NCBI GenBank assembly: GCA_963422395.1
Contig: OY729431.1
Span: 1,600,001 to 1,664,000 of the forward strand
Reading direction: 5' to 3'
Source: Vicinamibacteria bacterium
GTDB taxonomy: Bacteria > Acidobacteriota > Vicinamibacteria > Marinacidobacterales > Marinacidobacteraceae
Length of the DNA: 64,000 nucleotides
Positions 26,220 through 37,647 of this stretch are shown here, one piece after another (position 1 is the first letter of the stretch; each line of letters starts with the position of its first letter). Below the pieces are notes generated by a model. It was given only the letters and a program-made list of their open reading frames with translations. It did not search any database and was not told the DNA's origin. Both the position numbers and the translations under genes were made by a program.

Positions 26220-28598
26220 ATGATCACTCTCCCCCTCCTTTTTCGCCTTCGGCTCGCGCTGGTGCTGGCCGTGCTGCCCGCCGCGGCCGAAGGCCGAGCC
26301 GCGGTATCGATAGCGGGCGCCGCCGCCGAGATCGTCGGCGAAGTCATGGACCCGCAGGGACTGCGGGTGCCGGGGGCCTCGGTGGTCCTCACCCTCGCGA
26401 GCGGCGAGGTACGGGAGACCACCAGCGACGAGGCGGGCTCCTTCCGCTTCTCCACCCTGCCGGAGGGACTCCACCGGCTGAATGTGGTTCGCCGCGGATT
26501 CGCCGACCGGACCGTCGAGATCACCGTCTCCGGGGACGGCGAGGTCCGCATCAGCATCCCGCTCACCGCGGCCTTCGCCGAGCGGATCACCGTCACCGGC
26601 CAACAACAGGAACGCTCCCTCCAGGAGGAACCGGTGAGCGTTGCCGTCGTGGACGGAGCGCAACTCGACGCCGGCACCGACACCGACCTCTATCGGTTGG
26701 TCGCCATGACTCCGAATGTCAACTCGTCTTCGGATGTCCGAGGCTTTTCGATCCGGGGGATCAGCCAGCAGGGCTTCGGGCCGGAGGGGGGCCTGCTGCT
26801 GAGCGTCCAGGTGGACGGCGCCGCCGTGCAGGGATACCAGGGTGCCTTCTTCGGCCCTTTCAGCACCTGGGACCTGGACCGGATCGAGATCTTCCGGGGA
26901 CCGCAGTCCACCCAGCAGGGGCGAAACGCACTCGCCGGGGCGATCGTGATGAAGAGCGCCGATCCGACCTACCGGACCTCGGTGCGGGTGAGGACGCGGC
27001 TCGGTAGTTCGGGGACGAATCAAGGCTCTGCGGTGGTGAACCTTCCCATCGCGGACGGCAAGGCGGCGTTCCGCCTCGCGGTGGACAACCGCAAGAGCGA
27101 CGGGTTCGTCGAGAACCCCACCCGCGGCGAAGACAGCTACGACTTCCGGGACTACCTCTCGATCCGGATGAAGGTGCGTTTCGACCCCAGCGACCGCTTT
27201 CGCGGCATGCTCACCTACCAGGCGACCGAGAGCCGCGGCGGCGACGGGACGATAGGCGTGGACCGCTTTCCCGGCGAACGGGTGAACATCTCGGATCACG
27301 CCGCCGAGGACGGTTCCGAACACCACGCAGTGACGCTGGACCTCGCCTACGACCTCAGCGGTTCGCTGTCTCTCGAATCCACCTCCAGCATCTACCAGCA
27401 CGACTACCGGCGCTCCGAGGATCTGGACCAGACCCCGGCTCCGGCCGGTGTCCTCGACTACACGACGGACGACGAGTGGGTCACCCAGGAGTTCGTCCTC
27501 CGTTACTCGGGGCCCGGCCAGCGGCGCGGAGTGCTGGGCCTCTACTTCGCCGATCTGACCGATACGCTGCATGCCGACGCCGCCGGCCCCGGAGAACTGG
27601 CCGGCCTTCCTCCGGGGTTCGTGCTGACCTCGTTCTTCGACACCGAGGAAACGACGCGCAACGCGGCCGTTTTCGGCGAGTTCGACCTGGGCTTGGCCGA
27701 AGCCTGGACCCTGACGCTGGGCGCCCGCTACGACCGAGAGCAACGGGAGACCGTCGACATCCAGGGGGTGGTTTCCGATCCGCCGTTGCCCCAGTTCCCG
27801 CTCGCTGGACCTCCGCAGGAACTGGCGGCGTCCTATCAGGCCTTCCTGCCCAAGGCGGCACTGACCCGAAAGTGGAACGAGCGCCTCTCCACCTCCGTCG
27901 GATGGCAGCGCGGCTACCGGGCCGGAGGACGCTCGATCTCGGTCCTCAGCCAGCGGGTCAGCGATTTCGATCCGGAGTTCACGAGCAATATCGAGTTCGC
28001 GCTGCGCGCCGCCGCCCCGGACCGCCGCTGGCACTTCGACGGAAACCTCTTCCACACCGACTGGACCGACCAGCAGGTGCGGGTCCTGACGGATCTGGGC
28101 CTCCCGGTGGACACCGTCACCGTCAACGCCGGGGAATCCACGGTCCGAGGGCTGGAGGTCCAGACCGGCTACTGGGTGGAACGGCGGCTACAGCTCTATG
28201 CGTCCGCCGGGCTGCTCAGCACGCGATTCGACGACTTCCGCGACGGGGAGCAGGACTTCACCGGAAACGAGTTTCCGCACGCTCCGGAGTGGTCCTGGCT
28301 GACCGGAGTCACCCTGCGGCTGGAAGATTCCTGGTCGGGGAACGCCGAGATCGCAGCGCAGGCGGACGCGTTTTCGGACCAGGAGAACGACGGTCGTTTC
28401 CGGGTCGGCGGACGTACCCTGGTGAACGCACGGTTCGGCTACCGGCGGGGGTCCCTCGGGGTGTTCGCCTTCGGCCGCAATCTGCTGGACGAGGCGTACC
28501 TGCTCTCCGCCTGGCAGCCCAGCGCACCGCTCTTCACTGCCCTCGGACGCGCCGGCGAGCCGCGGACGATCGGCATCGAGCTGGATCTGAGCTTCTGA
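26220..28598 (+). CDS. TonB-dependent receptor with an N-terminal carboxypeptidase-regulatory-like domain
   Basis: Signal peptide, ERITVTG TonB box, IEIFRGPQST plug motif, beta-barrel strands, terminal Phe. Confidence 0.92.
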   Translation: MITLPLLFRLRLALVLAVLPAAAEGRAAVSIAGAAAEIVGEVMDPQGLRVPGASVVLTLASGEVRETTSDEAGSFRFSTLPEGLHRLNVVRRGFADRTVEITVSGDGEVRISIPLTAAFAERITVTGQQQERSLQEEPVSVAVVDGAQLDAGTDTDLYRLVAMTPNVNSSSDVRGFSIRGISQQGFGPEGGLLLSVQVDGAAVQGYQGAFFGPFSTWDLDRIEIFRGPQSTQQGRNALAGAIVMKSADPTYRTSVRVRTRLGSSGTNQGSAVVNLPIADGKAAFRLAVDNRKSDGFVENPTRGEDSYDFRDYLSIRMKVRFDPSDRFRGMLTYQATESRGGDGTIGVDRFPGERVNISDHAAEDGSEHHAVTLDLAYDLSGSLSLESTSSIYQHDYRRSEDLDQTPAPAGVLDYTTDDEWVTQEFVLRYSGPGQRRGVLGLYFADLTDTLHADAAGPGELAGLPPGFVLTSFFDTEETTRNAAVFGEFDLGLAEAWTLTLGARYDREQRETVDIQGVVSDPPLPQFPLAGPPQELAASYQAFLPKAALTRKWNERLSTSVGWQRGYRAGGRSISVLSQRVSDFDPEFTSNIEFALRAAAPDRRWHFDGNLFHTDWTDQQVRVLTDLGLPVDTVTVNAGESTVRGLEVQTGYWVERRLQLYASAGLLSTRFDDFRDGEQDFTGNEFPHAPEWSWLTGVTLRLEDSWSGNAEIAAQADAFSDQENDGRFRVGGRTLVNARFGYRRGSLGVFAFGRNLLDEAYLLSAWQPSAPLFTALGRAGEPRTIGIELDLSF

Positions 28599-28659
28599 CG
28601 CCGCTCCACGACTTCGGGCGCGCGCGGATGGCCACCCGGATACCCTCCCCGGCGCGCCA

Positions 28660-31600
28660 ATGAACGAGCCGCCGGAGGCCTCGGAGTTTCTCGCCGACCT
28701 GCAGCTGCGCCTCCCGTGGCCCGACGCCGCGAAGCATGGCCTCGCGGCCGGCGTCCTCTCCACGTCTTCGAGACCTTCCACCGCAACTGGAACCACGAGC
28801 CGCGGCTCGACGCCGTCCTCCGCCACTTCCGCGCCGCCGCCCGCACGGCGGTCTGACAGCACCACCAGCGCCCGCATTTTCCGTGACCGGAAAACCGGAT
28901 TCCCCGGGTTCCCGGATTCTCCGACATTCCCGGAATTCATCGACAACCGCAACGGGAACACCCTGGCGAAAGCGCTCGACGCGCTGTTCGCTCCTCCCGA
29001 GGCTCCGGACGGCGAAACGACCCGCCCGCAAGACGAGAAGACGGACGACGGAACGACGGACGGCCCGCCCGCGACGGCGCGCATCGCCACCGCCTACTTC
29101 AACCCGGGCGGTTTCGCCCAGCTCGCCGGACGGCTCGCCGCGCTACCCGAGGTTCGCCTGCTGCTCGGCGCCGACCCGATGGAAGATTCGGAAACCGGCG
29201 TCCAGCGAACCCTCGGCCAGACGCCGGACGGCTTTCGATCCCGACAGGTCCAGGCCGGCCTCCGCCGGCTCGACTCCCGTCTGCGGCGCGCGCGGAACGA
29301 ACTGCCGTTCTCGAAGGCGGGCGCCGCCACCCGGAGGACGCTGCTCGCCGCCCTCGGCGGCGGCGGCAGCCTCGCAGTTCGCCGCTACGAGCGGGCGTTC
29401 CTCCACGCGAAGGCGTATCTGCTGACCGGCTCCGAGGATTCAGGCCCCGGCAAGGCGGGCCTCATCGCCGGATCCGCCAACTTCACCGCCGCCGGCCTGA
29501 CGACCAACCTGGAACTCGCCCTGGGCCGCTGCGACGCCCCCCAGGTCGAGCGGGCGAGGAACTGGTTCGACGAGCTCTGGGAAGAGGCCGAGCCGTACGA
29601 CCTGGCGGCGCTCTTCGAGGAACTGGACCCGCCCCGAACGCCCTGGGAAGTGTTCCTGCGGGTGCTCTTCCAGCTCTACGGCGACGAGGTGGAAGAAGAC
29701 GCCCGGGCGGACGAGAACCTGCCGCTCACCACCTTCCAGAAGCACGGCGCCGCCCGCGCGCTCCGGCTGATCGACGAAGTCGGCGGCGCCATCGTCGCCG
29801 ACGAAGTGGGCCTGGGCAAGACCTTCATCGCCGGAGAGATCCTCGAGCGCTACCGGGAACGGCGGCAGCGGGCGCTGCTCGTCTGTCCGGCCTCGCTGCG
29901 GGACAGCACCTGGAAGAGCTTCCTGACGAAGTACCAGATGTACGTCGAGTGCGTGTCGTTCGAGCAGCTCGCCGCCGACCGGCAGTTGTACGACGCCCGG
30001 TCGCGGCCCAACGCGAGGGGTGCGAACCTGCGCCCCCTCGACGAATACCAGTTGGTCGTCGTGGACGAAGCCCACAACTACCGGAATCCGCAGGCCCCCT
30101 ACCGCGCCGGCGCGCTCCGGACGCTCCTCTTCGGGAAGCGGCGCGATCTCCTCCTGCTCACCGCGACCCCGGTCAACAACTCGCTCTGGGACCTCTATCA
30201 CCTGATCCGCTTCTTCCTGCGCCAGGACTCCCGCCTGGCGTCCCGAGGCATTCGTTCCCTGCGGGACCGCTTCCGGCTGGCGATGCGGGACCCGTCGAAC
30301 CTGCATCCGGATGTCCTGTATCCGGTGATCGACGCCACCACCGTGAAACGCACCCGCCAGTTCGTGAAGAAACACTACGGCGGCGACACGATCGCGGGAC
30401 CCGACGGGGCGCCGCGCCCCATCGTCTTCCCCCGCCCGCAGGCGCTGAGCGTTCGCTACCGCCTCGACGACGCGCTCCCCGGGTCGTTCGACCGCGTGGA
30501 GGCTGCGCTCGATCCGGAGAGCGATGGCGGCATCCGGTTCGCCCGCTACCGGCCGGAGGCGTATCTCGCCGCGGCGCCGGAAGCAGGAGAACACGCCGCG
30601 GCGGCCGGACTCCTGCGCTCGGCGCTGCTGAAGCGCTTCGAATCGTCCGCTTTCGCCTTCCAGGAAACCACGAAACGGATGGTGGAGGGCCACGACCGGT
30701 TCCTGAAGGCCCTCGAGAAGGGCCGGGTGCTCACGACCGAAATCCTGAACGACCTGGGCGACGACGATGCCGCGCTCGAGGAACTGCTCGAGGGGCCCGG
30801 CGCCGGCGAGGACGCATCGCGCTACGACGCCGCGGCGCTCCGCGGCGCGGTACGGCGGGACCGCGAGATCCTCGTCGGGCTCACCGAAGAGGCAGCTCGG
30901 ATCCAACCCGAAGGCGACCCGAAACTCCGGGCGCTTTCCGCCGCGCTCGAACGAATCGTGCACGAGGCCCAAGACGAGGGCGTGAATCGGAAAGACGAGC
31001 GGCAGAAAGCGAAGGTCATCGTCTTCTCCTCCTTCGGAGACACGGTGTCCTGGATTCGGCGGTTCCTCGACCGGGAGGTTCAGACGAACCCCAGGCTCGC
31101 CGGGTATCGGAACCGCATCGCATCGGTGCGCGGATCGGCAGCGACGGACGACGACGAGGCGGGGGAGATGAACCGCTGGGAAGCGGCGCATGGCTTCGCC
31201 CCGGTTTCCATGGAAGCCGGTCCGGAGCCGGACCGCGACCGATACGACCTCCTCGTCTCCACCGACGTCCTCGCCGAGGGCGTCAACCTGCAGCAGTGCC
31301 GGAACATCATCAACTACGACCTGCCCTGGAACCCGATGCGGCTGGTCCAGCGGCACGGGCGGATCGACCGCATCGGCAGCCCCCACCGGGAGGTCTTCCT
31401 GAGGACCATCTTCCCGGCCGACCGGCTCGACGACCTCTTGAAGCTGGAGGGGCGCATTCTGCGCAAGCTGGCGATGGCGGCGGCGAGCGTCGGCGTGGCG
31501 CCGCCGATCGAAGGATCCGCCCAGGGTTCGCAGGTGTTCACCGAAACCCGGGAAGAGATCGAGCGGCTGCTGCGGGAGGACGCGGCGATCTACGAACGAG

Positions 31601-32367
31601 GCGGAACCGCGGCGGCGGCGCAGACGGGAGAGGAGTACCGGCAGACGCTCCGCAAGGCCCTGAAAGCGGACCGGGAACGGATCGTCGGTTTGCCGCGGCC
31701 GATCGGGTCCGGGATGGCCGCAGGCAGGCGCCGGGGAATGTTCTTCTGCGCGGTGGTGGGCCGCGGAGAGAAGGCGCTGGAGCGGACCTACCTGCGGTTC
31801 GTGCCCGCCGATGCGGAGTGGAGGATCGCGCCGAACGCGCCGATGGAGACCGAGACCGCCGCCTGCCTGCGGCTGATCGAGTGCGAAGAACAGACCCCGG
31901 CCTGGTTTCCCGAGTCCCTGCCCGCGCCGCCCACCGAATCGCCGCCGGAGTCCCTGGAAGACCGGGCTCACGGCTTGTGGGAACACGCCCGCCGGAACAT
32001 CCGGGAGTCCTGGATGCGGGAAACCGATCCGGCGAACCTGCAGCCCGCGGTGCGGCGGCTGAACCGGCAGGCGGCGGACTTCATCAGGGCCCATCCGCCT
32101 CGAGAACTGGACCAACAGAGAGTCGAGCGGGCGCTCGACATTCTCGAAACGCCGTGGCCGCGGCGCGAAGAAGTCCTGCTCCGCCAACAGTTCGGATCGG
32201 ACGAAGACCGGGGGCCGGGACTCGCGCGCGAGCTCGTCGAATGGATCCACGATACCGGACTCGAACCCGAGGACCCGCCGGTGCCGCTGCCTCCGATCGA
32301 TCTCGAGGACATCGAGCTCCTCTGCTGGATGGGGATCGAACCGGCATCATGTCCGCCGTCCCGGTAG
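28660..32367 (+). CDS. PLD-like nuclease plus SNF2-family helicase (restriction/defence-associated type); start uncertain
   Basis: ATAYF, LHAKAY...GSANFT (PLD HxK), ADEVGLGKT, DEAH, TATPVNN, EGVNLQ, NYDLPWNP...QRHGRIDR. Confidence 0.9.
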   Translation: MNEPPEASEFLADLQLRLPWPDAAKHGLAAGVLSTSSRPSTATGTTSRGSTPSSATSAPPPARRSDSTTSARIFRDRKTGFPGFPDSPTFPEFIDNRNGNTLAKALDALFAPPEAPDGETTRPQDEKTDDGTTDGPPATARIATAYFNPGGFAQLAGRLAALPEVRLLLGADPMEDSETGVQRTLGQTPDGFRSRQVQAGLRRLDSRLRRARNELPFSKAGAATRRTLLAALGGGGSLAVRRYERAFLHAKAYLLTGSEDSGPGKAGLIAGSANFTAAGLTTNLELALGRCDAPQVERARNWFDELWEEAEPYDLAALFEELDPPRTPWEVFLRVLFQLYGDEVEEDARADENLPLTTFQKHGAARALRLIDEVGGAIVADEVGLGKTFIAGEILERYRERRQRALLVCPASLRDSTWKSFLTKYQMYVECVSFEQLAADRQLYDARSRPNARGANLRPLDEYQLVVVDEAHNYRNPQAPYRAGALRTLLFGKRRDLLLLTATPVNNSLWDLYHLIRFFLRQDSRLASRGIRSLRDRFRLAMRDPSNLHPDVLYPVIDATTVKRTRQFVKKHYGGDTIAGPDGAPRPIVFPRPQALSVRYRLDDALPGSFDRVEAALDPESDGGIRFARYRPEAYLAAAPEAGEHAAAAGLLRSALLKRFESSAFAFQETTKRMVEGHDRFLKALEKGRVLTTEILNDLGDDDAALEELLEGPGAGEDASRYDAAALRGAVRRDREILVGLTEEAARIQPEGDPKLRALSAALERIVHEAQDEGVNRKDERQKAKVIVFSSFGDTVSWIRRFLDREVQTNPRLAGYRNRIASVRGSAATDDDEAGEMNRWEAAHGFAPVSMEAGPEPDRDRYDLLVSTDVLAEGVNLQQCRNIINYDLPWNPMRLVQRHGRIDRIGSPHREVFLRTIFPADRLDDLLKLEGRILRKLAMAAASVGVAPPIEGSAQGSQVFTETREEIERLLREDAAIYERGGTAAAAQTGEEYRQTLRKALKADRERIVGLPRPIGSGMAAGRRRGMFFCAVVGRGEKALERTYLRFVPADAEWRIAPNAPMETETAACLRLIECEEQTPAWFPESLPAPPTESPPESLEDRAHGLWEHARRNIRESWMRETDPANLQPAVRRLNRQAADFIRAHPPRELDQQRVERALDILETPWPRREEVLLRQQFGSDEDRGPGLARELVEWIHDTGLEPEDPPVPLPPIDLEDIELLCWMGIEPASCPPSR

Positions 32368-32415
32368 CCGGACGAATCGAAGCGGGCCGGGAAGCGCCGA
32401 CGAAGGCGATTTCCG

Positions 32416-33438
32416 CTACCGACGGGCCGGCGGGGGGTCCGAGCCCGCCGCCTTGCGGGCGGCGAAAGTTTCGGCGCAGCCGGCGCAGCAGAAGAAGAGA
32501 GTCTCTCCGCCCGCATCGACCCGGTGGGGAGAGTCCCGCGAGACCTGCATCCCGCAGACCGGGTCCAGCGCCGTTTCGTCTGTCGCCGCGTCGAGGGAAA
32601 TGCCGACCGCAGGGGTCGGGACGGGCTCTCGCAGGGCAGGCTTTCTCGGGGCAGGGCGTTCCTTCAGGGCCGGTTCCGTCGGAGCGGGACGGGACGCGGC
32701 ACGCCGTTCTTCGACCATCTGGGCGAGGATGCTGAGGGCGATCTCGGCCGGGGTTTCGGCGCCGATGTCGAGCCCGGCGGGCGAGTGGAGCCGGTCCGTC
32801 TCTTCCCGGGAAAGCCCGATGGCCGCCAGCTGTTCTCGCACCGCCGCCGCCCGGCGCGGACTCGCGACGAGTCCGACATAGCGGGCGCGCCCGCCGCTGA
32901 GGCCCGCCCGAAGCGCCTCCCACTCCCCTTCTCCGTGGCCCGCCACCACACAGAAGGCGCCCTCGGCGGCGGCAGCGAGGTCCGCTTCCGTTTCGGCGGT
33001 CTTCACCTCCATCCCCAGCGCCTCTCCGAGCTTCCGGAGCGCCTCGACGATGGGCGAGTTCCCCGCCAGCAGCAGGCGGCGCGACGGCAGATAGGGTTCG
33101 AGATGGATGTCGAGCGCACCGCCGCTCACGCAGGCCATCGGTTCCTCCAGGACTCCCTCCTCCGTTTCCGCACCGCTCGGGGGGCTGTCGGGCGAGATTC
33201 GAAGCAATCGGGGCGCCCCCGCAGAAAGCGCCCGCAACGATTCGCGCCGGACGGCCGGACGGACGCAGGTTCCTCCCACGAATCCCTCGATCTTCCCGTC
33301 GACGGTGACGATCGCCTTCGCGCCGGGCCGCGCCGAGGTGGGGCGCTCGGCGCGCACCACCGTCGCCAGCACGAACGGCTCGCCGGCGAAGTAGAGACGC
33401 GCCGCCGCGGCGAAGACATCCTGCGGGCCGCCTCTCAC
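32416..33438 (-). CDS. XdhC/CoxF family protein with a C-terminal YHS/TRASH metal-binding domain
   Basis: GFVGGTCV, MACVSGG, YVGLVAS, PAGLDIGAETPAEIA, then DPVCGMQV...FFCCAGC. Confidence 0.88.
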   Translation of the reverse strand: MRGGPQDVFAAAARLYFAGEPFVLATVVRAERPTSARPGAKAIVTVDGKIEGFVGGTCVRPAVRRESLRALSAGAPRLLRISPDSPPSGAETEEGVLEEPMACVSGGALDIHLEPYLPSRRLLLAGNSPIVEALRKLGEALGMEVKTAETEADLAAAAEGAFCVVAGHGEGEWEALRAGLSGGRARYVGLVASPRRAAAVREQLAAIGLSREETDRLHSPAGLDIGAETPAEIALSILAQMVEERRAASRPAPTEPALKERPAPRKPALREPVPTPAVGISLDAATDETALDPVCGMQVSRDSPHRVDAGGETLFFCCAGCAETFAARKAAGSDPPPARR

Positions 33439-33464
33439 GGAAGCGGAGTAACCCGGAGCGGGTC

Positions 33465-35802
<2,338 letters not shown>

Positions 35803-35810
<8 letters not shown>

Positions 35811-36300
35811 CGCTGTTCTCCTTCGCGGCTTGCTCCCGCATCGCGCCGGCGGCGTGCTGCACCGCCCTCACGATGTTCACATAGCCGGTACACCGGCAGA
35901 GGTTGCCGGAGATACCCCAGCGGATCTCCTCCTCGCTGGGGTTCGGGTTCTCGTCGAGCAGTGCCTTCGAGGTCAGCATCATGCCCGGGGTGCAAAAACC
36001 GCACTGCAGTCCGTGCTTTTCCATGAAGCCCTGCTGGACCGGGTGGAGACCCCCGTTCCCGAGCCCCTCGACGGTGGTGATCTCCGCTCCGTCGGCCGCG
36101 ACCGCGAACACGGTGCAACTCTTCGCCGGCGCCCCGTCGAGGAGCACGGTGCACGCACCGCAAGAAGTCGTGTCGCATCCGATGTGGGTCCCGGTGAGCC
36201 CGAGTTCCTCCCGCAGGAAATGGACGAGCAGCAGGCGCGACTCGACCTCGCGCGAGTGTGCCTCGCCGTTGATCGTCACGGTGATTCGGTGGGAACTCAT
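35803..36300 (-). CDS. coxS: CO dehydrogenase small [2Fe-2S] subunit
   Basis: [28 protein letters not shown]. Confidence 0.95.
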
Positions 36301-37166
36301 GCCGCTTTCCCTGCCCTTCCGAGGGCCTTCACGCACGCCCGATGGGTGAACGCGCGAACGACGGCCCGCTTGTACTCGGCGGACCCCCGATGGTCGTCTC
36401 CCGGATCGGCTGCCTCCGCCGCCGCTTCGGCCGCCGCATCGAGCGCTTCAGCATCTCCGCCCGAACCGACGAGTTCGGCTTCGGCCGCCTCCGCCCGGAT
36501 CGCGGTGAGCCCGACATTGGTCAGCCCGACTCCGGCTTCGACGATCCGGCCGTCTTCGAGCCGCAGCTGGACCGCCGCCGCCGCCACCGCGTAGTCGCCC
36601 ACCTTCCGCTCGAACTTCTGGTAGGCGCCGCCCGCACCCGCTTTCGGTGCCGGAATCCGGATCGCGGTGAGGATCTCCCCCGCCTCGAGACAGGTCGAGA
36701 ACGGCCCGGTGAAGAACTCCCCGACGGGAATCGTCCGTTCGCCCGACGGCCCCGAAGCGATGAAAGAAGCGCGGTAGGCCAACATAGCGGCCGGATGGTC
36801 GTTTCCGGGGTCGGCATGCGCGATGTTGCCGCCGATGGTGGCGAGGTTTCGGACGATCGGATCGGCGATCACCCGGGCGGTGTCGGCGAGCAGCGGATAG
36901 CGGCTCTGGACGAGTTCCGATTTCTCGATTTCGGACTCGCGGGTCATCGCCCCGATGCGCAGGAAGCCGCCCTCTTCGCGAATCCCCGAGAGTCCGGGGA
37001 CCTTCCGCAGGTCCACGAGCGCGGCCGGTTCCGCCAGCCGGAACCGCATCATCGGGATCAGGCTGTGGCCTCCGGCGAGCAGCTTCGCCTCAGGGTGGGC
37101 CAGCAGCAGGCGGCTGGCTTCTGCCAGATCCTCTGGAGCGTGATAGTCGAAAGACGCTGGTATCAC
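36297..37166 (-). CDS. coxM: CO dehydrogenase medium FAD subunit
   Basis: [42 protein letters not shown]. Confidence 0.95.
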   Translation of the reverse strand: MIPASFDYHAPEDLAEASRLLLAHPEAKLLAGGHSLIPMMRFRLAEPAALVDLRKVPGLSGIREEGGFLRIGAMTRESEIEKSELVQSRYPLLADTARVIADPIVRNLATIGGNIAHADPGNDHPAAMLAYRASFIASGPSGERTIPVGEFFTGPFSTCLEAGEILTAIRIPAPKAGAGGAYQKFERKVGDYAVAAAAVQLRLEDGRIVEAGVGLTNVGLTAIRAEAAEAELVGSGGDAEALDAAAEAAAEAADPGDDHRGSAEYKRAVVRAFTHRACVKALGRAGKAA

Positions 37167-37193
37167 GGAGCTCCCTCCTCAACCTGGCTTGCT

Positions 37194-37235
37194 AGCATAT
37201 AACCTATATTCATCCCGGCAAGACAAGGCCCTTGT
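37194..37235 (-). promoter_or_regulatory. Candidate coxMSL promoter with an adjacent palindrome
   Basis: TTGCCG-16 nt-TATGCT in an AT-rich patch; ACAAGG-C-CCTTGT inverted repeat at 37223-37235. Confidence 0.45.
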
Positions 37236-37290
37236 AGAGGGTCCGGGGCTGCCGGCGAAGCGCCCGGAGTCCGGGGGCCCTCCGAACCTG

Positions 37291-37554
37291 ATGAACGACG
37301 CTCCCGCGAGCCCCCGGTCGCCTTGGCGGCGGAGCCTCCGGCTCATCAGCATCCTGCTGGCCGTCTGGTTCACCGCCTCCCTGGGCCTCGGAGTGCTGCT
37401 GGCGGAGCCGCTGAACCGAATCTGGGTGGGCGGGTTCCCGCTCGGCTTCTGGTTCGCGCAGCAGGGCTCGATCCTGATCTTCCTCGTCCTGCTGTTCGTG
37501 AACGCGGTCGCGATGGACCGGATCGAGCGGCACCGGGACGCGGACGACCCGTAA
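37291..37554 (+). CDS. DUF4212 small membrane protein
   Basis: LLAVWF...LNRIWVGGFPLGFWFAQQGSI signature. Confidence 0.85.
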   Translation: MNDAPASPRSPWRRSLRLISILLAVWFTASLGLGVLLAEPLNRIWVGGFPLGFWFAQQGSILIFLVLLFVNAVAMDRIERHRDADDP

Positions 37555-37627
37555 GCGAGCCCTTCCCAGGAACCTTCCGCCGCACATCTCCCCTGAGCTT
37601 GGGGCTCGCGCCACTTCATCCACAGGC

Positions 37628-37646
37628 TGCTAGGATTTTCCTCCGG
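37628..37646 (+). promoter_or_regulatory. Extended -10 promoter of pyrG with a TCCG start region
   Basis: TGc-TAGGAT followed by TTTCCTCCGG and then the ATG. Confidence 0.55.
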
Positions 37647-37647
37647 C

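Noticed and set aside
28599-32415. Integrated mobile element around the PLD-helicase
   Set aside because: No integrase, transposase, terminal inverted repeats or flanking direct repeats were seen.
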